From the NCBI GenBank assembly GCA_965112155.1, contig OZ218103.1: DNA of 64,000 nt; one strand, given 5' to 3'. Made by a program: the position numbers and the translations under genes. Each line of letters begins with the position of its first letter. Positions within the stretch are counted from its first letter, which is position 1. Under the pieces are notes generated by a model. It searched no databases. It saw only the letters and a program-made list of their open reading frames with translations, and was not told where the DNA came from. Below are positions 1 to 11,708 of this stretch, in pieces. This DNA comes from Podarcis liolepis. Taxonomy: Eukaryota.

Positions 1-85
1 TCGCAACATGAGGGCTGCCTCCCCTCCAGCATCTGCTTCTGATTTGATTGAGCAGCAGCAAAAACGGGGTCGTCGAGAGCACAAG
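1..85 (+). CDS. STRIP1: STRIP1 coding exon (partial, runs off window start)
   Basis: RNMRAASPPASASDLIEQQQKRGRREHK; donor AAG|GTAAG at 86. Confidence 0.93.
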
Positions 86-3000
86 GTAAGTCAGGGTACA
101 ATCCGGGTTGGATGTAATCTTCCTTTGTTTAGGAAGACACTGAACCTAAGGAGAAGGCAGACTATAACATCATTTGCTGTGTGTGTATTCTTCCAGGCTC
201 TTATTAAACAGGATAACTTAGATGCCTTCAATGAGCGAGATCCTTACAAAGCTGATGATTCCCGGGAAGAAGAGGAGGAGAATGATGATGACAATAGTCT
301 TGAGGGAGAGACATTCCCTCTTGAAAGAGATGAAGTGATGCCCCCTCCTATCCAGCACCCACCGACTGACCGACTGACTTGCCCAAAAGGTTTGCCTTGG
401 GCACCCAAGGTCAGGTGAGCACCTATACAGGATTGTTGTATTTAAAGAAAATCCCAGAACTGGAAGGCTCTCATCTTCAGCCTCAAACCAGTGCTCAACT
501 ACTTGGTTAGTGCACCTAATAGATTTCTGAATGTGATAACTATAACGAAATGCGTGCTCTGGCTTCTCTCATTGACGTTGTGATGATGTTTGGGAGCCTT
601 GATGTCTTTGAGGATGCTTGAGATCAGAAGAGCCATTCTCATTTTTTTGTGTCTAGCATATTAAGGAACTTCATCTCTCCAGGGCTTTGTGGTAAATGAA
701 ATAATCTTGAGGAGCCCTAAAGTTCTGTCTGAATATGATTCTCTTCTCTTTTCTTCAGAGAAAAAGACATTGAGATGTTTCTGGAATCAAGTCGGAGCAA
801 ATTCATTGGCTACACCTTGGGAAAGTGAGTTAATGGAGCCCCAAATTTGTTTCCTCTTGTGCTTAGCTTGTTTGTAGGCGATCTCTTCTTACTATGCAGT
901 TACGGTAATGTGTTGGGTAACTGGCAGCATAGACTTTTTCCTGAAAACAGTAAAGACATCAATCTGTTCAGGCTTTGTTATTTTTTTAAAGCATTCACAT
1001 AATCGTTTCTCATCCTGTGTTATGCCACTACTGTAATACTGTTCGGACACTGAGTTTCTGCTGCCCATCTTGTCAGCTCCTGAAATCTCAGGAGGTCTGT
1101 GCATGCAATCATACATGCATCTGAAAACTATAAATGCAGCTATAATGTTTTATGGTATTGTGCTGTAATTTGAGTAACCAAAAGGACTAAAATACTTAAG
1201 CAACAAAAAGAAGGTGTGCCGGTATACACAAACACACACGCAATATTGCTATGGACAGATGAAGAATAGGACCAGGAAAAGACTTAGGACACCCACCATG
1301 TGTAGAGTTGCTAAATAAATTAGCATATCAAGTGGTAACAGACATTTTCCAGGCTTTTGGCTGGTACAACTAAAAGCTTTATAGGAATGGTGAAAACCTG
1401 CTACACTAAGTCACAAAACCATATTACAGAGGGTACATATGAACTACAGATTGAATCCAGATAACCAAACTTTTTTCCAAATCTAAGAAATCATAATTCT
1501 TTCTTTATTATGTATTAGTGCTTCATTTTAATAGGAAAAAAATCTTACATTTTAGATGCATCCAATTAGATCCTCCTATTTATTTCAGGTTCTGTTCCTG
1601 ATGCATAACTAATTACACAAACTGAACATTCTTAAAAATCTAGCATGCTTTTATATTTTAAAGTTGAGAGGAAGGTCCCTATAATTTCCAAGCATTGCAT
1701 TCCTGTTTTTTAGGTTGCTAGGTAGCCTGAGAGAATCATATCTGAACTTACTAATTAACAATTTTTATTGGCTCAATAGGAGCAGGAAGCTCTTGCACAA
1801 ATGTAAGAGAATTTTATTTCTTGCACAATTTATCAGGACATGCCTAGCAGGTATTGTAAAGTGCCCTGTGATCCTCGGATGAAGGGTGGTATAGAAATTT
1901 AATTAATAAATAAAAATAAAAGGTGCTGTTTGAAAGCATTACAGAGAGAAGAGTGAAATCCCTTAATCAGATTGACTAGCTTTCTGTTCACAATTTTACC
2001 AAAATAGCTCATTTGTATCACTTATGATATTTACTGGCTGACTGGTTTTGCTTTCACCCCCTCTAGTGACACTAACACAGTTGTGGGCTTGCCTAGACCC
2101 ATTCATGAGAGCATCAAAACTCTTAAGCTGGTGAGTACTCACTGTGTGGTCTTCTGAATTTGCATGCGTAGAAGACATCTCATCTAATTGGTTACTGCTT
2201 GTCCAGGCTAAGAAATATATCCTAAGCAGGAAAAGTGCTTGAATTTACGGGGCTTCCAAGATAATGAGGTTAACTTTCTTTGCCCGGTCTCTTTATAGCA
2301 CAAATATACATCTATTGCTGAGATTCAAGTACAGATGGAAGAAGAGTATCTACGTTCTCCCTTGTCAGGGGTAAGTATCATAGGGCAAATGTTCAAAAGG
2401 GGTTTAAAAAGCATCTGCATGAAGAAGTGGAAGGAGAAAAGTGTGAATCTCTGATTTGGAACTGGACATTTGGCTGATCTTTGCTATCTGCATATGCTGT
2501 GAGTTGATCAAAGAGTTGATCCCTCCTGATTCCTAACCTGCAAATCAGATTATTGGCTTTGGATCATGAGAACTTTGCCCATGAGACACTCTTATTGGAA
2601 AGAGACTTAGGATCCAACCCTTATGTGGTATGATGCTGTGCAGCTGCCTCTGGAAGGAGTTCTTTATTAAGGAAAGTTTTGCTGAGTTTCTGGATGAATG
2701 CTCATAATATTCAGACTAACTTAGCATGCACTTGAGGTTGGAATGAATGATGCTATTATCTCCTTGTGTTAATAAAGGGGGAAGAGGAGGTTGAACAAGT
2801 TCCTGCAGAAATCTTGTACCAGGGTCTACTTCCTAGCCTGCCACAGTACATGGTGAGTTATAGTTTGCTCCTAATGTTCATTCCCAAGGCTTCAGCACAC
2901 CCTTTTCCCATTTCTTAAACTCTAGCCTCTACCATTTTCAAGATGGGAGAAATAGCTAGACTCGGTTTGCATTTCACTGCTGGCTTATGCAAACTCCCAT

Positions 3001-6000
3001 TCTGATATATATCTTCTTTGCTTGCCAGTATGTGACAAGCTATTTCCTTCGATGTTTCATGTTCATCTCTTCCCGTTATCTGTGTTTTTGAGTTTCCTTC
3101 TCCTCTTTCCTGTTCTTTGGCACTTCTGAAAGCCTTCTTTGCTTCACTCAACTTTCACCCACAGATTGCCTTGCTGAAGATCCTGCTGGCTGCAGCACCC
3201 ACCTCCAAGGCCAAGACCGATTCCATTAACATCCTAGCAGATGTTTTGCCAGAGGAGATGCCGTGAGTCTCATTCTTAGGGGGAAAGCATATGGTGAATG
3301 AAGGGCAAAGGCAATGAATGGATGTTTACTTGACATTCAGTGGTTGGGCGTTGAGTGGGCAGGCTGACATTTATTTGTATATTTAGACATTCCTTTCCTG
3401 CTGTTCTTTATTTAAAAAATTCAAATGCTTTTCATATGATGGAACATTTGATTGTCCTGAACCTTGCAAAATGATGTGTGCAGCCTAGAATTAAGAGATC
3501 TGCTAGCAGAGAAAAGAAGTGTTTGGACTGGACCTGGAAAGCTGTTTTAAAATGGGTCTCCTTAGAAATAGCAGGCCTCTTAAGTATGGAGAGGGATGTT
3601 AAGTCAGCAATCTCTTGAGAAGCTTCAAGGCAGCTTAAGTGGTGATGCTCGTGCTTCAATAGAAGACCTTTTTTTCCTGAATTTGAATGTGTCATTAATA
3701 CATGCACAGTACTTATCCATGTCTGGAGCAACAAAGATTTCATAAGATTGGTAAATAGGTTCTGCCACATAGCATACATGGGTTCAAGGCAGTACTTTTT
3801 TCTTTTAAACTTTTGTTCTGCACAGTACACCCTGAAGTGCTTATGTTGGCAAATGGAGCCACACACAGCTTGTTGAATTCTTCATTTTATTGACATATTA
3901 AACAGAGTCAGGAAGGGCTTGGAGAAAAGTATTGAGGAGTTGCCATCTCTTCCTTGATCACCCATATATTAACTAAAATTAAAGCAACCTTCTTCACTGG
4001 CCTATAGAAAAGAGAGACCATAAAGTGCTACTTACAGGAGAATTGCCCTAAAATATAAATAATAGCATTAAGCGCAGACAGATCTGCCCTACCACAGTGA
4101 GCATCACAGGCCGTCGAAGCTAATACTGCTGCTTTGCCTTCCAGAACAACTGTGTTGCAGAGTATGAAACTAGGCGTTGATGTGAATAGGCACAAAGAAA
4201 TCATTGTAAAGGCCATTTCTGCTGTTCTGCTTCTACTGCTTAAGCATTTTAAGCTAAACCATGTCTATCAGGTAAGCATGAAATGGCATGAGCAATCAGC
4301 ATTGGAATTGAAAGAGAGATTGAAGTGAATCTGGAATTTGCTTGGCTAACCATTCTTATCACATCTGTTTCCTGCTCCAGTTCGAATACATGGCCCAGCA
4401 CCTAGTGTTTGCCAACTGCATCCCCCTTATACTGAAATTCTTCAATCAAAACATCATGTCATATATCACTGCCAAGAACAGGTAGGTGGGAATATCTCTA
4501 GCACACCTGCATCCCAAAATTCTATGACAGGAAATGTGACACACTATCTTTGCAGTGGGACACCTAGATGGTATCCGGAAGGGATATCTAAGAATAACTA
4601 GTTATCCTTCACAATTTTAACTTGGAGAAAGGAAGATGTTTCATCCCACTGATAAAAAACACCTGCTGAGAAATCATTCCTCTCCACCAACCCTACTACT
4701 TGTCTGTAAAATGGATAGGTTTAAAATGTGCTTGTTTGAAAAGACATTGAGTGACGTTCATGTAGATCCCATGGCCATGAGTATTACTGGACTCAACAGA
4801 CACCATTGCCCTTGTGGGCTAAAACATTACTAAGCAGTTGGCTGATCTGCTTATTTTTCTTGGCAGTAGGTAAGTATCTGGGATAGGCAGATATAGAAAG
4901 ATGTTCATGTGTGAAGCCTCTTGGTTGTTGCCAGCTGAATAGCAGTGGGTGGAGATGATGTCACAATCATTTTTCTCATATGTTTGAACCTGGCAGGGGC
5001 AACCATTTTGGACACGGTATATTTGACTAGATAGGTCATCCATTCTAATCCGTTTGGGGTTTTTTGTGTTTTTTAGCATCTCTGTTTTGGATTACCCATA
5101 CTGTGTGGTGCATGAGCTGCCTGAGCTGACTGCAGAGAGTCTGGTGAGCTAAACTACCTGGACAGAAACATATATAGCTGAGGGGTGGAGATGGCATTGT
5201 TAATAAGGGGCAATTTCTCACTTTCCTTACTTGGTAATATTTCCTTTGTTTTGCTTTTTTTCCTATAGGAAGCTGGAGACAACAATCAGTTTTGCTGGCG
5301 AAACCTGTTTTCCTGCATTAATCTACTTAGGATACTGAACAAATTAACAAAGTGGAAGCACTCAAGGACTATGGTGAGTAGAAGGGCCTCCTCTCATAGT
5401 GCTGTTAAGGCTTTATTGATGATGTACCATCCTTTTGGCCTTAAGCAAATGGATGGTGACCAAGGCACAGACGAAGTCTTGGAAAACTGAGAGTGTTCCT
5501 TTGCTTTCTCAGATGTTGGTGGTGTTCAAGTCTGCACCCATTCTGAAACGAGCCCTCAAAGTGAAGCAAGCCATGATGCAGCTTTACGTTTTGAAGCTGC
5601 TCAAAGTGCAGACCAAGTATTTGGGGCGACAGTGGAGGAAGAGCAACATGAAGACCATGTCAGCAATCTACCAAAAAGTGCGGCACCGGCTCAATGATGA
5701 CTGGGCTTATGGCAATGGTATGTCCTGGATCTGTCTCTCCTCTTTCCACCCACTCCCAAGTCTTTCATAAGCCTTTAACTGCTATGCCAAGCCAGTTCCC
5801 TTAAATCACCCATCTGCCTTCCTGTTAACAGATCCCATCAGTAGTTGCTAGGAGCGTATGGTGATGGCTCCACTTATCCTAAACAGAGCAAGCTGAGGAA
5901 TGTGCTTCCCCACCTCTAAATTGATGTTGCTTGATAGACAGGGTGGTACAGTAACTATAGTGTTGAACTTGGACCTCAGAAATACGTGTTCAGATCCTTG

Positions 6001-6821
6001 CAATGAACCATATAGTGTAGTCTTGGACAAGTCACTGGGTCTCAGCCTTAAACTATTTTCTACTGTGGAACCTCAGTTTTTGAGCATCTCGGAAGCTGAA
6101 CAATTCGGAACACAAATACAGAAAACCTGGAAGTGATTGACTCTGTTTTCAAACGCGCCTTGGAAATTGAACTGCTTCTGCTGCATGTTTTTCCATTTTT
6201 TTCAATGGATTTTGCTGACCGCCCATTGATATTCAGTTTTTGAACATTTTGGAAGTCAAACAGTCTTCTGAAACAGAATACATTCAAAAACCGAGGTTCC
6301 ATTGTACTAGAGTGACCATAAATGACAAGATGGAGTCACTCCATACTTCTTCATAGAAGGTTGGAATACAAGTGTGAGATATTATTGATGTCTATGTCTG
6401 CTGGGAAGTCCCTATGCATCTCATCCCTAGAAGTTGTATTTCTTAAAGATCTGCCAAATGGGATGACATAATGCTGGACTGCCTGTATGACATTGTATGG
6501 CATTTTCATTGTGGGGGTATGACTGGAGCTCTTTTGCTCCTTCCGCTGATTGTTTGCTTCATGACTTTTGCAGATCTGGATGCACGTCCTTGGGACTTCC
6601 AGGCTGAGGAGTGTGCTCTGCGTGCCAGCATAGAGCGTTTCAACTCTCGCCGTTACGACCGGGCACATAACAATCCTGATTTTCTACCTGTGGATAACTG
6701 TTTGCAGAGTGTTCTGGGCCAGCGCGTAGAACTGCCTGAAGATTTCCAAATGAATTATGACTTGTGGCTGGAAAGGGAAGTTTTTTCTAGACCCATCTGT
6801 TGGGAAGAATTGCTCCAATGA
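1..6821 (+). CDS. STRIP1: STRIP1 (FAM40A) striatin-interacting protein 1, 3' part (5' end outside window); join(<1..85,197..414,759..824,2067..2130,2299..2370,2778..2852,3165..3262,4145..4271,4381..4481,5077..5143,5269..5373,5513..5717,6574..6821)
   Basis: 13 GT-AG bounded exons splice into one open frame (1530 nt from position 2, 509 aa + TGA). The peptide runs RNMRAASPPASASDLIEQQQKRGRREHK-ALIKQDNLDAFNERDPY...LWLEREVFSRPICWEELLQ* and is nearly identical to recalled human STRIP1. Synteny with UBL4B/SLC6A17 favours STRIP1 over STRIP2. Confidence 0.96.
197..414 (+). CDS. STRIP1: STRIP1 coding exon
   Basis: ttccag|GCT; ALIKQDNLDAFNERDPYKADD...CPKGLPWAPKV; donor AG|GTGAGC. Confidence 0.95.
759..824 (+). 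CDS. STRIP1: STRIP1 coding exon
   Basis: pyrimidine tract + cag; EKDIEMFLESSRSKFIGYTLG; donor GTGAGT. Confidence 0.93.
1851..1920 (+). mobile_element. L2-type LINE 3' tail remnant
   Basis: tgtaaagtgccctgtgatcctcggatgaagggtggtatagaaat followed by an (AATAA)n-like tail, typical of squamate L2 3' ends. Confidence 0.55.
2067..2130 (+). CDS. STRIP1: STRIP1 coding exon
   Basis: DTNTVVGLPRPIHESIKTLKL; ctctag| ... |GTGAGT. Confidence 0.93.
2299..2370 (+). CDS. STRIP1: STRIP1 coding exon
   Basis: HKYTSIAEIQVQMEEEYLRSPLSG; tttatag| ... |GTAAGT. Confidence 0.93.
2778..2852 (+). CDS. STRIP1: STRIP1 coding exon
   Basis: GEEEVEQVPAEILYQGLLPSLPQYM; aataaag| ... |GTGAGT. Confidence 0.92.
3165..3262 (+). 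CDS. STRIP1: STRIP1 coding exon
   Basis: IALLKILLAAAPTSKAKTDSINILADVLPEEM; acag| ... |GTGAGT. Confidence 0.94.
4145..4271 (+). CDS. STRIP1: STRIP1 coding exon
   Basis: TTVLQSMKLGVDVNRHKEIIVKAISAVLLLLLKHFKLNHVYQ; ccag| ... |GTAAGC. Confidence 0.95.
4381..4481 (+). CDS. STRIP1: STRIP1 coding exon
   Basis: FEYMAQHLVFANCIPLILKFFNQNIMSYITAKN; ctccag| ... |GTAGGT. Confidence 0.94.
5077..5143 (+). CDS. STRIP1: STRIP1 coding exon
   Basis: ISVLDYPYCVVHELPELTAESL; ttttag| ... |GTGAGC. Confidence 0.93.
5269..5373 (+). CDS. STRIP1: STRIP1 coding exon
   Basis: EAGDNNQFCWRNLFSCINLLRILNKLTKWKHSRTM; ctatag| ... |GTGAGT. Confidence 0.94.
5513..5717 (+). CDS. STRIP1: STRIP1 coding exon
   Basis: MLVVFKSAPILKRALKVKQAMMQLYVLKLLKVQTKYLGRQWRKSNMKTMSAIYQKVRHRLNDDWAYGN; ctcag| ... 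|GTATGT. Confidence 0.95.
5940..6075 (+). mobile_element. Degenerate MIR/CORE-like SINE
   Basis: tRNA-like head (ggtggtacagt...gttcagatcc) and CORE-like gtcttggacaagtcac...ctcagcctt. Confidence 0.4.
6574..6821 (+). CDS. STRIP1: STRIP1 terminal coding exon
   Basis: LDARPWDFQAEECALRASIERFNSRRY...WEELLQ*; ttgcag| acceptor, TGA 6819-6821. Confidence 0.95.
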
Positions 6822-8114
6822 CGTTTGAGAAGAGGGAATCGGAGCTAGTACGTGTGCCCAAGGACAAGGCAGCTTCCCTTTGGTCAACCGGGCATAGAGA
6901 GAAGAGATAAAACTGGTTTTTCATATGGCTTGTAATCTGCAGTTCTTTCCTTCTCCTCCAGGTGGCGGCATGGATTTATACTGCTCTCAAGGTCCTAGCA
7001 AATATGGCTTTCCTACATCTTTTGGGCTACTTCAATTACTGATTGGTTTAGAAGGTGCTAAATGGATTCAGAGCAGTTCACTTTGAGACTCAGATCAATT
7101 GAAAAACGCTGAGCAAAATACCAGTGTCAGCTTTGATTGCTATTCACATGCTCCTTGTTGGGCTTCTGTCCATTGACATTGGCCAGCTATTCTGTTCCAA
7201 AAGTAGTACGGCAGCTTTTTTCTGCTATGCCCCCACTCTTATCCCCAAAGGACAGAACCCTTTCTCTGTTAGGATGGAAAACAGTATCATGGTGGTGTGA
7301 ATGAAAGGAGAAAAGATAGGTGGTGCATACAGTTGTTCATACTAATAGGGAAAGGAGCTATCTGGAGTCCCATCTAGTGCTTGTATAATTGAGAGGATTG
7401 GGAGCAGGGAATAGGATGTGTTCATAGCAGCTGCTTCCAGTCTCATCTTGTGGATTACAAATGGCTTGGTCCTTCACAGGGAAGGCAATTTAACTGGATC
7501 AGGGATGTTACCTTCTTTTGTTCCTGTAGTGGCACCAAACAGCTAAACAACTGCTGATCATGTCCCAGTATAATTGAATATTAATATCTATTTCTTTCCA
7601 TTGAGCAATCTTCTGTTTTGAAGGCTTCACCATGGAAAGAGAAACTCTTGACATTTTCCCATTTCCATCAATGTGCCATTCTTTCCTCCTTCGTTTGCTT
7701 GAAAGCCTCAATTTTTGAATAGCTTTGCTGCACAGATGTGCATGCCAATGTAGTTTGCTTAATTTGACCCCTTGCCAGGGCACCTTGTTTGTGCCTGTGC
7801 TTCTTGGTTAAATGTCGCATAATCCTGGTCTCCTCAGTCTGGATGTTGGTGACCCAAGCAAGTAACCCATCCTACCTTGATGCTCCATCCCAGTCTAGTT
7901 CTCATAAACAGAAGATGAAGTGGCAAGCCTGTGTCTGGACTTTCCCACTGCAAGTCACACCCACAGCCATCTGGAATAGTACTGTCAGTCCAGACAAAAG
8001 TTTGCCACTTCCAATGATGTTTTGTTAGAACCTAGTCTCTGGGTTCCTGCAAACCAGGACTGTGGATGTGGTAGAAGTAAAGGCATTTACTTTAAGTAGA
8101 TAAGTGGACCTGAC

Positions 8115-8120
8115 AATAAA
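8115..8120 (+). terminator. Candidate STRIP1 polyadenylation signal AATAAA
   Basis: First AATAAA I found after the STRIP1 stop (~1.3 kb 3' UTR); an alternative ATTAAA lies at 8388-8393. Confidence 0.4.
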
Positions 8121-9415
8121 GTAGGTGCTTTCGCTTCCCTAGGAGATGGTATCTGCTCTGAGAAGACTCACAACCAAATCTAAGTGTAGCCTGTTGTATT
8201 TATAAACATTCAGGAATAGGCAAGTACAGTAGGTCATCGCCAGGTGCAATATGGTAGAATGCATTTTCCTATTTGTTTGTTTGTGCTTTGTAGTCTGATT
8301 ATATGCTCAGGCTACAATTCTAACATATTTGGAAGAGAGCCCCACTGAACAGGCCTCCTGAGTAAATATGTTTAGGTCTGGGGTGCCATTAAAATGCTAC
8401 TATGGGAGTGGGTGGGACTGCTCCAGCACTCCACATTGAGCCTCGATTACTTGTCCCCAAACACTCCCGGCTGTTTAACTTTCATCGCTGAGGTTACAGA
8501 GTGTCTCTCAGGCAGACAGCAGCAGGGACCAAGACACACAGTGTCAGCGTAGAATAAGAATCAAGTTTTAGCAAAGCCAATTCATTTGTTTTGAGCAAAT
8601 GTCACCAGGCAGACATTTGCTCACAAATTGTAACGAACTACAGATGGGGCTCCAAGCTTCTTCAAGGTGTAACATACTGAGACCGTAGGGCTCCCCCCTC
8701 CCCATCTCTGCATTGTTAACAGTGTGTTGGTGACATGATCATGCAACAGAAGCACATGGTCGCATAAAAGAATGAACAAGCATTAAAAACAACAAAATGC
8801 CTATCAAGTTACAGTGGCTACTTTTGTGTATGAATCCTGAGATCTGTACGTAACTCCTGGAAAGAAATCCAGACAATTTCTGCCCAGTGGAAATTAGGGA
8901 CTTCAGTGGGTGAGTACAGCATCTTTCTTGCTTTGCCCTGCTACCCACAGACTTCATAGGAGGCCTGGTTGCATGGTGGTTCCTTAATATGTACTTGCTC
9001 AGTTTATCTGTAAAATTTCTGATACCGGCAAACATCTGGCCATTTTTTTCCTTCTGGAGCACTACGCTATTGGATTTTGTTTTTAAATTACAGTGAAAAT
9101 GAAATCCAGCTATTATGGGTAAATTATTCTGTGAGCACTTGCTGGTCTGTGACACAGCTGATGGGGACAGTTGCATGATGGGGACAGACAGCAAACTTGA
9201 AAGCTGCCTTCCTCCCCTCCAGGAGTCCATTGATGTCTGTGGATGGAGAGGAAGGATACTTGCATTTTCCTTGGTCATTTCAAGCAGTCTGAGTTATGTT
9301 CCACAGAATTGATCCAGGAATGCAGGCAGTTAAGATCCCTTCCAGCACGATCCCCTTGCAGTAGTAGATTTGTTTATTACTTAAAGTTTTAATAGGAGAC
9401 TCTAACCAGGTAGAA

Positions 9416-9651
9416 GAGAGCTTTCCAAATTTTTTATGTCGGTGACACCCTTTTTAGACAGGTATCACTTCACGATGCAGTAAATTTATTTTGCATCATT
9501 TCACAACACAGTAATTGTTTTACTAGCAAACCAGAGGTTAAACTTAACCTCTTTTTAGCCTCAGGAGCAGTTTGGGGAGCATTCACGTGACACACCTACA
9601 CACTGCAGCCGACACACTAATGTGTCGCAACACACAGTTTGGAAAGCTCTG
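9416..9651. mobile_element. Non-autonomous hAT-like DNA transposon (MITE)
   Basis: Terminal inverted repeats (g)agagctttccaaa / tttggaaagctctg, internal inverted gtgtcg/cgacac motifs, degenerate 8-bp flanks (aggtagaa/tggtaaag). Confidence 0.7.
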
Positions 9652-9767
9652 TGGTAAAGTAAGGAATTGCAAACTGTGGACAGTATCCAGCTAACATGTC
9701 CCGTCATCACAAGGATTTCTACTTATCCCCTGCACATGCCCTGAAGGGGTTGCAGGAACCCCTAGAA

Positions 9768-9903
9768 CAGGCTTCCTCAACCTCGGCCCGCCAGATGTTT
9801 CGAGACTACAATTCCCATCATCCCCGACTACTGGTCCTGCTAGCTAGGGATCATGGGAGTTGTAGGCAAAAAACATCTGGAGGGCTGAGGTTGAGGAAGC
9901 CTG
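9768..9903. mobile_element. 136-bp palindromic hAT MITE with perfect 8-bp TSD
   Basis: TIRs caggcttcctcaacctc / gaggttgaggaagcctg; TSD ccctagaa at 9760-9767 and 9904-9911. Confidence 0.9.
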
Positions 9904-10519
9904 CCCTAGAACATATTTAAGGGGCACACAAGGGGAAGAGAGGGGAGATCTGATTGTGCCAAGTGGAAATCCTTGTGCTGGAGGGTTATGTTACTCAGCG
10001 TTACTTTAGATACCCCCATTTTTTATTATTTACTCCTACTTATTCCTCAAAAAAAAAAAAAACCAACAACACCTCAGGGCATCTCTCAACAGAAATAATT
10101 TAAAATGGCAATGAACAGTTTTATGCCTTTTCTGTTCTCTAATCTCTAATCTTTCTGAAATGTGTCTAGAAGAATTGTTCTAATAGCATACGAAGTGAAA
10201 TTTTTCTAAGCTGCTCAGACTATGGTTTTCCTTGCTGAAAAATGAGAAGAGTCTCATAGCAGTGTAATTAGATAAGAAACAGTTCCCCTTTCTGGAAATG
10301 AGACAGCGAGTTTATTCTATTTATTATGAAGATTTATAGTCTACCTTTTTACAAAATACCTAAGGTAACTTACTATAAAGATAAAAATACACTATTAATA
10401 CAAGAGAATGTGCAGTAAAATGGTAAGTGCAATTCAATGCAAGCAAGTGTAAAGTGATACCTATTGGAGCAAAAAATATTATGTCACATAGTACAGTATA
10501 AAACTGCAAATATAATGTT

Positions 10520-11170
10520 GTTATACAAATCTATTGTGCAACCACACTTGAAATACTGTGAACAGTTCTGGTTGCCTCACCTCAAAAAGGATATTGTAAA
10601 GCTGGACAAGGCTTAGAAAAGGGTAACCAAAATGATCTAGGGGCTGGAGCAACTCCATAGTAGGAGTATATAACATTTGAGGCTTTTTAGTTTCAGAAAA
10701 AGACAAGGAGGAACATTCTAGAGGTGTAAAAGTTTGTTCATGGGATGAAGAAAGTGGATAGCTAAGTTTTTCTCCTATATAATACTGAAACCTAGAGTCA
10801 TTCAGTGAAGTTCAATGTTGGAAAATTCAGGACAGACAAAGGAAAGAGCTTCACAGAGTCCATAATGAAAACACCCAGAAGATGTAGTAATGGTCCCCAA
10901 CTTGGATGGCTTTTATAAGAAGATTAGACAGACTCTTGGAGCATAAGGCTATCAGTGTCTACTAACCACAATGGCTTTGTTCTTCCTCCACTGTTGGAGG
11001 CAGTATGTCTCTAAATACCAGATGCTGGGAATCACAAGTGGGGAGAGTACTCTTTGACTCATGTCCTGCTTATGGACTTCTCATAGGTATTTAGTTGGTC
11101 ACTATGAGAACAAGACGATGGAATGAAGAGCTTTTGGCCTGATTGAACAGGGCTCTCCTTGCGTTCCTAA
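10520..11170 (+). mobile_element. CR1 LINE 3' fragment (degenerate ORF2 end + 3' UTR)
   Basis: Decayed YKSIVQPHLKYC.QFWLPHLKKDI.KLDK...KRVTKMI.GLEQL motif typical of the CR1 RT C-terminus, followed by a squamate CR1 3' UTR. Confidence 0.8.
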
Positions 11171-11344
11171 TATCAAATGGATCCTGCTCCTCAGTTGCTT
11201 TGTTTTCTACAAAGGCAAAGGCCCAGAGATTGTGTATTGATGATTGGAATGCATAAGCAGTTTTTGAGAGACGAATTGATTCATCTAATAATACTTGGAG
11301 TGCAGACAAGGCACACTCAGGCTGCTCCTTTGGCTCAGAGGCAA

Positions 11345-11625
11345 CTTAGCATTTTAGTACACATTTCTCCAGATGTAGTGTTTTGTGTGCAACATTCCCC
11401 AATATACACATTTTTGTATGCTCACTTCACTAACATTGTGCATTTCTATGCACACTTTCCCCTAATGTTTATATATTTTGGCACATATCATTTCACCGCA
11501 TTGCAAAATGCAGAGAAGTGTGAATTTCAAAGAATGTCGATTTCAGTTCGTGCTGTATCAGGAAGTGCAAATTAGGGAGTGATCATATCAAAGTGCAATC
11601 TGAATTGAAATTATCCCCCATCCAA
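11345..11625 (+). mobile_element. AT-rich interspersed repeat (likely non-autonomous DNA element), copy 1
   Basis: Internal tacacatttttgtatgc-type sub-repeats and an end (…attatcccccatcc) shared with copies at 20208-20638, 53518-53650 and 56090-56410. Confidence 0.6.
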
Positions 11626-11681
11626 ACTTCCCCCCTTTGTTCAACACCTAAAGTTCACAGTGACTGGCCCTGGTAGAATTG

Positions 11682-11708
11682 TGACATCAGAGGAAAATCA
11701 GCCAATCG
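11682..11708 (+). promoter_or_regulatory. Putative UBL4B proximal promoter: CRE-like TGACATCA + NF-Y CCAAT box
   Basis: TGACATCA 11682-11689 and CAGCCAATCG with CCAAT at 11702-11706, 75-100 bp upstream of the ATG. Confidence 0.5.

Noticed and set aside
8461-8530. Minus-strand peptide ...SVTSAMKVKQPGV, faintly like the ALX3 C-terminal SLR(M/V)K-KEP motif, at the expected position and strand for an ALX3 last-exon remnant
   Set aside because: Only a few residues are similar and there is no supporting upstream similarity. It cannot be separated from chance without an alignment to turtle or mammal ALX3.
8739-9278. 179-aa minus-strand ORF in the ALX3 gap
   Set aside because: No homeodomain or other recognisable motif, and the composition looks random.
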